Source: a virus (taxonomy: Duplodnaviria > Caudoviricetes). Taken from it: DNA of 64,000 nucleotides. Numbering within the stretch: the stretch's first letter is position 1; the number at the start of each line of letters is the position of its first letter. Of the stretch, positions 19,516-26,941 are shown piece by piece. The DNA lies in the IMG/VR virus record IMGVR_UViG_3300043567_000723. One strand, 5' to 3'. The notes beneath the pieces were generated by a model. That model saw only the letters and a program-made list of their open reading frames with translations. It made no database searches and was not told the DNA's origin. The translations under genes were made by a program, and so were the position numbers.

Positions 19516-19884
19516 ATGATCCGCATTTTCATGTGCCTGTGTCTGGTTGCGTCTGCTCTCACGGTTGAGGCGGCTCCCCGACGACGATATACCTACAACA
19601 CGACACCGGCAGCCTCGCCAGCGCGTGTGTCTGGGTATACGTCCACCTCCTCTATGCCGACGGGTAATACCGGTTCGGCACAGGGTGTGGCTGAAATACA
19701 GGCTTCGCGCGGCTACGTGGGCCACTTCGGTGGCAACAGTGGTTACGAGGGTTGCGGCTCCGGTTCGACGCCAGAGCAAGCCCTAAACAACTGCTGCTAT
19801 TCCAATAGCGGCATGGCAGTTGTGGATCAGGGCGTAGCCTGTGGCCGTAATGGCCGTTGGTACGCTTGCAAGCGGTACCGGTAA
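19516..19884 (+). CDS. Secreted Cys-containing protein, possibly truncated CAP/SCP-like
   Basis: GGAGG RBS, signal peptide, GHFGGNSGYEGCGSG...NNCCYSNSG...GVACGRNGRWYACKRY. Confidence 0.55.
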   Translation: MIRIFMCLCLVASALTVEAAPRRRYTYNTTPAASPARVSGYTSTSSMPTGNTGSAQGVAEIQASRGYVGHFGGNSGYEGCGSGSTPEQALNNCCYSNSGMAVVDQGVACGRNGRWYACKRYR

Positions 19885-19939
19885 TACTGGCTAATCGGCG
19901 GGCGCTGGAGGAAGCTCAAGCCTCTGGCGCCCGCCCCGC

Positions 19940-20010
19940 GGCCCGCGGAAACCGGTTGGCAAGCGAGTCTTATTAACTCGAAACGCGGGGTTCGACTCCT
20001 CGGCGGGCTA
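19940..20010 (+). tRNA. Atypical tRNA-Ile(UAU)-like gene (weak D arm, U at position 37)
   Basis: GGCCCGC/GCGGGCT acceptor, CGAGT-CT-TAT-TA-ACTCG anticodon arm, CGGGG-TTCGACT-CCTCG T arm; D region short with no clear stem. Confidence 0.65.
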
Positions 20011-20050
20011 TTGTTTGTTCTGTTTGTTATCGACTTTTATAGGAGTTAAC

Positions 20051-20212
20051 ATGCGCTACAAGAACGTAACGGCTGATGGTTCTTTTTTCGCCATTGTCAA
20101 ATGGGCAGAAACCAACAACGCGCATTACGACACGCGCGTTATAAATGGTCGGATACAGATTGGCATGTCGCCATATCACTGGCGTCGTGCTGAATATCAA
20201 GGTGCAGCATGA
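20051..20212 (+). CDS. Small hypothetical protein
   Basis: AGGAG RBS before ATG 20051; coupled to the next ORF. Confidence 0.5.
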   Translation: MRYKNVTADGSFFAIVKWAETNNAHYDTRVINGRIQIGMSPYHWRRAEYQGAA

Positions 20213-20394
20213 CACTTGAACGTGCGGCCGAGCTAGTTTCAGCGCTCCGCGTAGCTGAACCAAACTCATTAGCTGCGCCTGATTTGTTCTCTCACTTTGT
20301 GGATTATTTCAATCTGCAGGGAGAAAAAAAACTAACGCAATTTGCAGAGCTGTGCGGTTTTCTTATCGCTTGCGATGTTAGTCGCGTTGGTTGA
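20209..20394 (+). CDS. Small hypothetical protein
   Basis: ATGA overlap with the previous stop. Confidence 0.45.
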   Translation: MTLERAAELVSALRVAEPNSLAAPDLFSHFVDYFNLQGEKKLTQFAELCGFLIACDVSRVG

Positions 20395-20397
20395 ACG

Positions 20398-20470
20398 GGC
20401 CCCATCGTCTAGAGGCCTAGGACACCACCCTTTCACGGTGGATACCGGGGTTCGAATCCCCGTGGGGTCA
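20398..20470 (+). tRNA. tRNA-Glu(UUC)
   Basis: GGCCCCA/TGGGGTC acceptor, CCACC-CT-TTC-AC-GGTGG, GGTTCGAATCC. Confidence 0.95.
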
Positions 20471-20607
20471 TTGATGAGTAAAACCATTGAACTGTTCCGG
20501 CTGATCCCCGGCAGGAGGTAGTGAGGTTTTAAGTTCGATTTCCCGGTATGCCTATCCACGTGGCTCGTATATCGGAAGCGACCCCTAATCGACACTCATC
20601 AATTTTT

Positions 20608-20681
20608 AACTCGGTAGCCCAATTGGCAGAGGCGGTAGACTTAGGATCTACTTGTTGTGGGTTCGACTCCCACCCGGGTTA
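20608..20681 (+). tRNA. tRNA-Leu(UAG) with short variable loop
   Basis: AACTCGG/CCGGGTT acceptor, GTAGA-CT-TAG-GA-TCTAC, 5-nt variable region TTGTT, GTGGG-TTCGACT-CCCAC. Confidence 0.9.
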
Positions 20682-20683
20682 TT

Positions 20684-20850
20684 GTCTCGGCAGCGTGTGT
20701 ACAGCGCTGCGAAATGCAGGGGGAAGTTAGTCCTCCTTAATTCGTTTGTGGGAGGGTAGCAAAGGTATTGATATCTATGGCCGGGCGCATCGGCCCGGCC
20801 GCCAAATAGATAACAATATGCCCGATAGGACCACGTCCCTGCGGCGAGAC
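20684..20850 (+). ncRNA. Unclassified structured RNA candidate (167 nt)
   Basis: Closing helix GTCTCG/CGAGAC followed by TTTTT; internal helices GCAGCG/CGCTGC, GCAGGG/CCCTGC, CCTCC/GGAGG and a compound stem GTATTG-ATCTAT-GGCCGGGC / GCCCGGCC-ATAGAT-CAATAT. Confidence 0.6.
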
Positions 20851-20871
20851 TTTTTCATCTAGGAGAGAATC

Positions 20872-21246
20872 ATGTGGGACGATGTCATAATTGGCAGCGG
20901 AAATAGTCTGAACGGCGCTTGCCTCGTGCGCAAGCTAGAGAATGCTGATATCTCTGCTAACGCCGCGTCATACTGGATCCACCAAGCCTATCTTGGCGGC
21001 AGCATGACTATTTTCAAGAACACGCTGGAAGGTGACAAGCTGAAAACCATGCTTACCGACGGCACAGCAGATGGCGACATTTCGGTTTGGCTGGAAAACG
21101 TGTTTATTGATAACGTAGAAAGCGGCCGGTTGAAAATGCTTGTGCGGTCGGCCATAATGCGGGCAGAGTCCAATGCCCGTAAAAAGAAGGCTAAGGACAT
21201 TCGCAAAGCTTTTAGCCGCGCATTCAGAAAGATTGATGAGTATTGA
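20872..21246 (+). CDS. Hypothetical protein
   Basis: AGGAG RBS; MWDDVIIGSG start; 124 aa. Confidence 0.65.
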   Translation: MWDDVIIGSGNSLNGACLVRKLENADISANAASYWIHQAYLGGSMTIFKNTLEGDKLKTMLTDGTADGDISVWLENVFIDNVESGRLKMLVRSAIMRAESNARKKKAKDIRKAFSRAFRKIDEY

Positions 21247-21254
21247 TTGATACA

Positions 21255-21596
21255 GGGGGCGTACTGGTATCGACGTATAGACGGAAACACACATTGCATT
21301 CCGTGGTTGATCGAGAGGCCACGTTAATACTCGATTAAATGTTAATTGGCACTTTCAACAGTGTCCCCGCTCTCGCTGCCTGAGCAGTGATCGGGTGAGG
21401 CGCGTGACCTCATCGCCCATCACGCTGGCCGACTGGAAGAAGTCTGACAGGCTGGACAGACAGCCAAAGATGGTGGTAGCCCACCTGACGCCGATAATCG
21501 GCTGGCTTTGTTCATTGTGTAAGCAACAATGAGACATGAATGTAGACGTGTGTGTGGAAACTATTACGGACGCGGGTTCGACTCCCGCCGCCTCCA
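21255..21596 (+). ncRNA. ssrA: tmRNA; tag reading frame 21348-21383 encodes (A)GTFNSVPALAA*
   Basis: 5-prime GGGGGCG...GGTATCGAC and 3-prime GGACGCGGGTTCGACTCCCGCCGCCTCCA tRNA-like domain; pk1-like CCGTGG/CCACG element; tag ends in the LAA degron. Confidence 0.95.
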
Positions 21597-21600
21597 TATA

Positions 21601-21719
21601 ACAACGTTCGTGGGTGAAGGCGCCTCAAAAAGGTTAGCCGTGGAAACTAGGGCAAATATTCACGCATGAGCCCGAAGACCTATACCCCGTGATGGCCTGC
21701 GTGTCCGTCACAACGTTGT
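21601..21719 (+). ncRNA. Possible structured RNA directly after tmRNA
   Basis: Closing ACAACGTT/AACGTTGT (extendable by GTG/CAC), internal GTGAA/TTCAC; no ORF. Confidence 0.35.
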
Positions 21720-21722
21720 TTT

Positions 21723-21856
21723 AACCGGGCGCTCCTTGCCTTCGGATACCACTGCGGGGAATCTCGTAGTGAGCTGCCGACGTGGGGGAGCACTAAGAAC
21801 AGCTGCAGCTGGGCTTAGATAAGGGCTGGGGCGTAAATGGCCCACCCGGTTTTTTT
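21723..21856 (+). ncRNA. Unclassified multi-branch structured RNA candidate ending in a U-tract
   Basis: AACCGGG/CCCGGTT closing helix followed by a T-run; internal GCTCC/GGAGC, CACTGCGG/TCGTAGTG, CTAAG/CTTAG, GGGCT/GGCCC. Confidence 0.5.
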
Positions 21857-21918
21857 CTTTGCTCGTGGCACGTTGTCACGGGTTGTCCAGTGGTTTTTTA
21901 ACGTAAGGATACGTTTAT

Positions 21919-22533
21919 ATGGCAAGGCAAGCAGCCCGTAAAGTGCTAGTGTCTGAATCAGTAGTTTCGAAATATACCGGCCGGCCAAAAGCCGGCACGC
22001 AGCATCCGTTCAAACAGTTTGGGCCAGCCTATCCAGCACTACATGACTGGACCGTCGTGCTGAGTCGTGATCCGCTTTATATCCACATCACGCAAAGGAT
22101 GATCGATCTCGCAATTCCGGGTTCGCCGGAGCACTGTGTTTTGGCGTTAGCGCTAAAAGCTTTTTGGGGTAAGCACTACTCGTTTCAGGTAGGCAAGGGT
22201 ATCATCAAAATCTGGGATCTTGCCAACAAGATCGAGATTCGGTGGCACTGCCCTACTACGTTATCGCGCGCAGCCGGCGTGTTTGATAAAGACAAGCCGT
22301 GGCCGTTGCCCCCGAACGTTTACAAACTCAACCCCATGACGCCACTTCTTCAAAACCGAAAGCGCGCAGAAAACAAGAAGAAGGTCGCGGCTTGTATGGT
22401 AAAGGGTGTAGCTGGTCGCGCATTTGAAGTCATTCGGCTGACGAAGAAGAGGAAAAAGAAGTCTGCGGTTACTCGTACTGTTCTGCGCAATACGCGAATC
22501 AAATGGAACGGCGCGACGGTGATCAAGAAGTAG
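21919..22533 (+). CDS. Basic hypothetical protein
   Basis: AAGGA RBS; 204 aa; Lys/Arg-rich termini. Confidence 0.6.
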   Translation: MARQAARKVLVSESVVSKYTGRPKAGTQHPFKQFGPAYPALHDWTVVLSRDPLYIHITQRMIDLAIPGSPEHCVLALALKAFWGKHYSFQVGKGIIKIWDLANKIEIRWHCPTTLSRAAGVFDKDKPWPLPPNVYKLNPMTPLLQNRKRAENKKKVAACMVKGVAGRAFEVIRLTKKRKKKSAVTRTVLRNTRIKWNGATVIKK

Positions 22534-22811
22534 TAGCCGATATTGTGCACGCGTAGCCGGGCTGAAGTATGTTCTGCCATTCTTCAGCCCGGCGCGCTTA
22601 TTTTGATATCTGGTCGCCCGACGCCAGTGCGTACCCAACTCTCAAGCTCAGCTTGTCGGTTGATGATGCGCAGAGGATTGGGTATTGGTCGGCTGTTTCG
22701 GGAATGTGGACAGCCGGTCGAGATTGTTAAGCATGTTCCTCGTCCTCGCATTGCCCGCGTGCGAAGGATTAAATTGAGCGGGCTTTTTTTTCTTTACAGG
22801 AGGTTACTAGC

Positions 22812-23054
22812 ATGGCTAATCAGAAGGATCTGAAAATCGTTGAGTGCGAAATCACCGGCATGCCAAACGACATGTTCGACCCGATGCCGCAAGTTCGCGT
22901 GCGTTTTGAGGGCAGCGCGGCTGACGACTTTGTCACGCTGTTTTCTTACTTCCCTGACGAGCTGGAGTTTTCAACCAGCGAGTTCATCAACCTGACGCGC
23001 ACACAAGCTATGCGGTTGTATAGCGATCGAGATGTTGCCTACCTGAGAAACTAA
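22812..23054 (+). CDS. Hypothetical protein
   Basis: AGGAGG RBS; FDPMPQVRVRF...LFSYFPDELEF motif. Confidence 0.7.
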   Translation: MANQKDLKIVECEITGMPNDMFDPMPQVRVRFEGSAADDFVTLFSYFPDELEFSTSEFINLTRTQAMRLYSDRDVAYLRN

Positions 23055-23320
23055 TGATGTCAAAACCAGCTGTCGGTAAACGCATTAAACTTCTGGGCGC
23101 AATGGTAAACCCAAACTCGACTTGGATGCCCGTAGAAGAAGGTATGGCGAAAGATCTGGAAGGCACGATTGTGCACATGAATTTTAACGGCCCGCCTGAG
23201 TATCACCAGATTAGTGTGAACTGGGATAACGGACGGACGTTGGCTATTTTGCCATACGTTGATGAATTCATTGTGCTTGATTATGCAGACGTTTTCACTA
23301 AGCATGAAGGAGATGCGTGA
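23054..23320 (+). CDS. DUF4314-like SH3-fold protein
   Basis: GKRIKLL..M...GTIVHM...QISVNWDNGRTLAILP..D.F pattern. Confidence 0.6.
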   Translation: MMSKPAVGKRIKLLGAMVNPNSTWMPVEEGMAKDLEGTIVHMNFNGPPEYHQISVNWDNGRTLAILPYVDEFIVLDYADVFTKHEGDA

Positions 23321-23323
23321 GCT

Positions 23324-23656
23324 ATGGCTGGTTACGAAGGCATGCGCAACGGCGTAGTTGAGAAGTTAAATTCTGTCGGCAACTGCCCCGCCTGCGGAGG
23401 CAGTTGGGACGGCGGAGACATTCTTGAAAGCTTCACCGCCCTACGCGAAAAGGGTGCTGAGTATTACAAGAACAAAACGGATGAAGAGCTGAAACAAATA
23501 GCCGGCCAGTATGGCTGGACTGTTGAGAACCCACAAAGGTTCAGCAAGTTAATCGGCGTGGAGTTGCCGTATTCGCACCCGCAGCATTACGACGGCGTGT
23601 CGTTTTGGCGGTGCCCGCACTGTAAAGCACAGTGGTCGCGTTTTGGTAACGCCTAG
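23324..23656 (+). CDS. Zinc-ribbon protein
   Basis: CPACG...FWRCPHCK. Confidence 0.65.
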   Translation: MAGYEGMRNGVVEKLNSVGNCPACGGSWDGGDILESFTALREKGAEYYKNKTDEELKQIAGQYGWTVENPQRFSKLIGVELPYSHPQHYDGVSFWRCPHCKAQWSRFGNA

Positions 23657-23668
23657 AAAGGATAATAA

Positions 23669-23920
23669 ATGTGCGATAACGCGGAACATGAAACAGAGTA
23701 CTCATCGTACGACGACGGTTATGACGCACGCTATTGCGTTGACTGCAACGAGTGGCTTGAGCAAAAGTGCAGTGATCCAGATTGCATGTACTGTGGCGTT
23801 CGTCCAGATCGCCCGTTACCTGTGGTTGTAAATCTAAAAGCAATTGAGTGTTGTCGTAGTTCAGCGGCGGCACTGGAAGCGGCTAAAAACGGAAACTATG
23901 ACCCAGAAAAGGAGTACTGA
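23669..23920 (+). CDS. Cys-rich hypothetical protein
   Basis: YCVDCNEWLEQKCSDPDCMYC; AAGGA RBS. Confidence 0.65.
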   Translation: MCDNAEHETEYSSYDDGYDARYCVDCNEWLEQKCSDPDCMYCGVRPDRPLPVVVNLKAIECCRSSAAALEAAKNGNYDPEKEY

Positions 23921-24573
23921 TGCGAGTTTATATTGGCCCGTACCATCATTGGTTTGCGCCTTACCGCTGGGCTAAGAAACTACTGCGGAAATGGTACGAT
24001 GTCGACGGCCCGCGCATAAACCTTGAAACCTACGACAAGGTTAACCGTATCGCGCGCAGGCGTTTTAAATGGTTGCGTTTTATTGAAGAATGGTTCGACT
24101 CTCGGTACAAGCGTAAAGTTAAAGTGCGCGTGGACTACTATGACACGTGGGGAATGGACTCTACGCTTTCGCTCGTTATCCTGCCTATGCTCAAGCAGTT
24201 AAAAGCAACCAAGCAGGGTTCGCCGAGCGTGGACGATAGCGACGTGCCGGACGAACTTAAAAGCACTAGTGCGATCCCCCATATGACAGACGCGCAGTTA
24301 GCCATGGGTGAGGTTGACAGCAATTTGCACAAACGTTGGGAGTGGGCCCTAGACGAGATGATCTGGGCGTTTGAGCAGATGAACGACGAGGACGCGGACA
24401 GTAAGTTTCACTCAGACGCTGACCCAGCCAAGCCCCGCAACGAACCCGGCATCTCGTTTGAAGAGGGCATGAAGCGCGGTAAGTTCGACATGGAAGGCTA
24501 CATGGCGTGGCAGAGCAGGAAGACTCGTGGTCTTACCCTGTTTGGCAAGTATTTCGAAAGTCTTTGGGATTAA
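23920..24573 (+). CDS. Conserved phage hypothetical protein
   Basis: MRVYIGPY...YDTWGMDSTLSLVILPMLKQLK...RWEWALDEMIWAF...LFGKYFESLWD, a pattern recalled from large myophages. Confidence 0.7.
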   Translation: MRVYIGPYHHWFAPYRWAKKLLRKWYDVDGPRINLETYDKVNRIARRRFKWLRFIEEWFDSRYKRKVKVRVDYYDTWGMDSTLSLVILPMLKQLKATKQGSPSVDDSDVPDELKSTSAIPHMTDAQLAMGEVDSNLHKRWEWALDEMIWAFEQMNDEDADSKFHSDADPAKPRNEPGISFEEGMKRGKFDMEGYMAWQSRKTRGLTLFGKYFESLWD

Positions 24574-24579
24574 ATAACA

Positions 24580-24738
24580 ATGACCGACTGGCAAAGGGCT
24601 TGGCGTTATTGCGGCAAAACGCGGAACAGCGCCAAGGGTAAGAAAACGCTAAAGCGGGATAACCACCGCAAGAACCGGATCATGGCCAAGAAGTTGGATG
24701 ACGTTTACGTGCGTCTCAGCGGTTGGGACGTCATTTAA
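24580..24738 (+). CDS. Small basic protein (52 aa, not in the ORF track)
   Basis: ATG 24580 to TAA 24738; MTDWQRAWRYCGKTRNSAKGKKTLKR. Confidence 0.5.
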   Translation: MTDWQRAWRYCGKTRNSAKGKKTLKRDNHRKNRIMAKKLDDVYVRLSGWDVI

Positions 24739-24758
24739 ATAACCACAAGGAGTTAAAC

Positions 24759-24971
24759 ATGACAAAGAATCAAACTCTCGTGTCACTAGTAGACTGTGTC
24801 GCGGATATCATGAAAAGCGACACCAGTATCGCGCGACGTTTTATCGTGGAGGGTTGCGTAAAATTTAACAGCAACACTGTTTCTGATCCCGCGTTTCGTC
24901 TGCCTGATGGTGAACAATACAAAATACGAATAGCCAGTTTCAATTTCGCGAAACGCCTCTTAGAGCAATAA
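24759..24971 (+). CDS. Stand-alone S4-like RNA-binding domain protein
   Basis: SDTSIARRFIVEGCVKFNSNTVSDP matches the S4 consensus S.S.ARRLI..G.V..NG..V.D; AAGGAG RBS. Confidence 0.55.
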   Translation: MTKNQTLVSLVDCVADIMKSDTSIARRFIVEGCVKFNSNTVSDPAFRLPDGEQYKIRIASFNFAKRLLEQ

Positions 24972-24990
24972 ATAACCATAAGGAGTTACC

Positions 24991-25278
24991 ATGCATTACG
25001 TGACTTTGCGGGCGTTGGGAAGTGGCGAGTCGCATCACCACATCCGTGGATATGTTACGGACCACAACGGAGACTATTTGCTGGAAATCGGCAACACTTG
25101 CCACGCCGATCCACGGCTCATGGCTTTTGCGGCGATGTTCCCGGAAATCGAAGAATTCTTGCGGGTGATCGATTCTCCGCTGGCCAAGTTGTTGCTCAGC
25201 CAGTTGAGCGACACGGAGCACACGCTACGCAATCGGTTGCGGGCGTCTGAGTACGGCGCCGACGCTGCGACGCATTAG
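24991..25278 (+). CDS. Hypothetical protein
   Basis: AAGGAG RBS; 95 aa. Confidence 0.6.
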   Translation: MHYVTLRALGSGESHHHIRGYVTDHNGDYLLEIGNTCHADPRLMAFAAMFPEIEEFLRVIDSPLAKLLLSQLSDTEHTLRNRLRASEYGADAATH

Positions 25279-25283
25279 TCATT

Positions 25284-25293
25284 GATATCTAAA
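25284..25293 (+). promoter_or_regulatory. RATAKCTAAA motif, first of 9 copies (+ at 25284, 26061, 28505, 30122, 31102; - at 25907, 26981, 31050, 33961)
   Basis: Exact 10-mer matches read from the sequence; 8 of 9 are intergenic (the 31102 copy lies upstream of the likely ATG 31124). Confidence 0.6.
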
Positions 25294-25310
25294 AAAAAAG
25301 GAAATCAACC

Positions 25311-25598
25311 ATGCGGGTTCTTGACGCGCTGATTGATCTGATTAAAGTGAGAGACCAGTTGGCAAACATGGAAGAGAAGCTACAGCATCTTCGCCGTGTT
25401 GTTGACGGGTCCGTGAATGAAATCATGGACTTTATGCAAGAACAAAATCTTATTAAGGTGGCAGATGTCGGCGACTCGGACTGCAGCGGCTTGGAACAAC
25501 CAATGGTGGGCGGAAGTAGTACACAAGGAGAAAGCAGCGTTGGAACCGACAGTGAACACGAAGAGTGGTACCCGCTACAAGACGGACCCGGAGATTGA
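25311..25598 (+). CDS. Hypothetical protein (coiled coil, acidic tail)
   Basis: 95-aa ORF with AAGGA upstream. Confidence 0.55.
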   Translation: MRVLDALIDLIKVRDQLANMEEKLQHLRRVVDGSVNEIMDFMQEQNLIKVADVGDSDCSGLEQPMVGGSSTQGESSVGTDSEHEEWYPLQDGPGD

Positions 25599-25599
25599 A

Positions 25600-25752
25600 G
25601 TGAAAAATCTCCGCAAGGCTCTAGCGCAGATCCGTACGGCTGTCATCAAGTGGCAGCATGAGATTCACGCCGGCTATGAAGGCGGCGAGGCGGATGACAT
25701 TAGCCAGCGGTTCTCCGCGGCTATTGTGGCGACGATCGACCGCGTAAGCTGA
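25600..25752 (+). CDS. Small hypothetical protein
   Basis: GGAG upstream of GTG 25600. Confidence 0.4.
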   Translation: MKNLRKALAQIRTAVIKWQHEIHAGYEGGEADDISQRFSAAIVATIDRVS

Positions 25753-25874
25753 GTCGCTTTTAATACTGTTAGCACAAGCGGCGCCTAGCGCATGTAGCCG
25801 CTGCTTGTGCTAACGCATTCTTGGCGGCCGGTTGGTCGCTTCGGCACGAGCGTGGGCCTCGTTAACCCCACAAA

Positions 25875-25909
25875 AGCCGGCGGGGATGCGCTTCCCTGCC
25901 GGTTTTTTT
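25875..25909 (+). terminator. Rho-independent terminator
   Basis: GCCGGCGGGGA-loop-TTCCCTGCCGGT followed by a T-run. Confidence 0.75.
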
Positions 25910-26095
25910 AGCTATTAGACGTAAAGTCTTGTCAAATAAGCACTTACGTCCGCAGGGTATTGCCGCTCGACCTAAACCATTGTCAGTAAAAGACTTACGT
26001 AAAATGCTTTGTGCAGCTTTAAGGTGCGCTTTGAAACAGGTAAAATAACCCGGCGCTATAAATATCTAAATCCGTCTAATCCGGGGAGTCGCACC

Positions 26096-26179
26096 ATGCC
26101 AACATATGGGTACTTTATTGGCGACTACGATGACGAAGACTTAGACGACTTCGATATGATCATCTTTATTGACCTCTAA
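26096..26179 (+). CDS. 27-aa acidic peptide MPTYGYFIGDYDDEDLDDFDMIIFIDL
   Basis: GGGGAG RBS 7 nt upstream of the ATG. Confidence 0.45.
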   Translation: MPTYGYFIGDYDDEDLDDFDMIIFIDL

Positions 26180-26280
26180 ATTCGCCGCCAAATACGGGCA
26201 TATTAAGTGAATGATGGGCGTAAGCCATAGTACTTACGCTTTCTTTACTTAAAGGCAACTCGTATGAAAAAGGCGAAAAA

Positions 26281-26541
26281 ATGCTCACGACGTTTATCGG
26301 GGTCTTGGTTGTTTGTGCGGTTATTGGCTGGATTGATTCTGCGATCCGCCAGTCTGCCGATTTCGATGCCCTAAAGAAGCGCTGGTCGGAACCTACTCCA
26401 CCGCCAGCTCCGACGCCGCAACCAGTACAACCCACAACAGGGCGGCGTATTATTCTTGACGCCAATGCGCAGCCGATTAGTTCGGCATCGCCAACGTCAT
26501 TTGATACGCGGGCTTATGAGGGCAATTGGCTGGCGAACTAG
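26281..26541 (+). CDS. Small membrane-anchored protein
   Basis: N-terminal TM segment and Pro-rich linker. Confidence 0.55.
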   Translation: MLTTFIGVLVVCAVIGWIDSAIRQSADFDALKKRWSEPTPPPAPTPQPVQPTTGRRIILDANAQPISSASPTSFDTRAYEGNWLAN

Positions 26542-26566
26542 GCTTTAAACCTTTCGTGGAGTTTAT

Positions 26567-26938
26567 ATGTTTACGCAAGGAGAAGCTGAGAACGCTATCT
26601 GCACTACACTTAATAAGTTTATGCAGGAGTACATGGGGAAAGGAGCAACTACCATAAAGACTCGTATTGCAGGCGATATGGTCATTGTGCGTATTTCTGG
26701 GATGTTAACAAAAACAGAGCAGCTGTTAGCGCAGACGCCTAATGGCTCTGAGTTGTTAAAGTCTATGCGTCGGCATCTCATGGTAGACGCCGGTACAGAG
26801 CACTTTAGCCGGGTTTTCGCAGAGTTATTGGAAACACCGGTTTTAAATATCTATTACGACTGCAATTTATTAACTAACGAAGAATTCTTACTGGCGACGT
26901 TGCTTGAAGAACCAACGTTTCGTCAAAAGAAAACTTAA
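26567..26938 (+). CDS. DUF2294 / MpsC-like protein
   Basis: AENAICTTLNKFMQEYMGKGATTIKTRIAGDMVIVRISGMLTKTEQLLA...LLKSMR pattern characteristic of DUF2294. Confidence 0.75.
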   Translation: MFTQGEAENAICTTLNKFMQEYMGKGATTIKTRIAGDMVIVRISGMLTKTEQLLAQTPNGSELLKSMRRHLMVDAGTEHFSRVFAELLETPVLNIYYDCNLLTNEEFLLATLLEEPTFRQKKT

Positions 26939-26941
26939 ACT

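Noticed and set aside
20480-20600. Possible degenerate tRNA between tRNA-Glu and tRNA-Leu (contains GTTCGA)
   Set aside because: Could not build convincing acceptor and anticodon stems.
20684-20850. Theta/HDV-like ribozyme after the tRNA
   Set aside because: The 5-prime strand pairs with the extreme 3-prime end, which is incompatible with HDV nested double-pseudoknot topology; kept as an unclassified RNA.
21355-21597. Minus-strand 80-aa ORF (MEAAGVEPAS...)
   Set aside because: It is the reverse complement of the tmRNA T-arm region, a classic spurious ORF.
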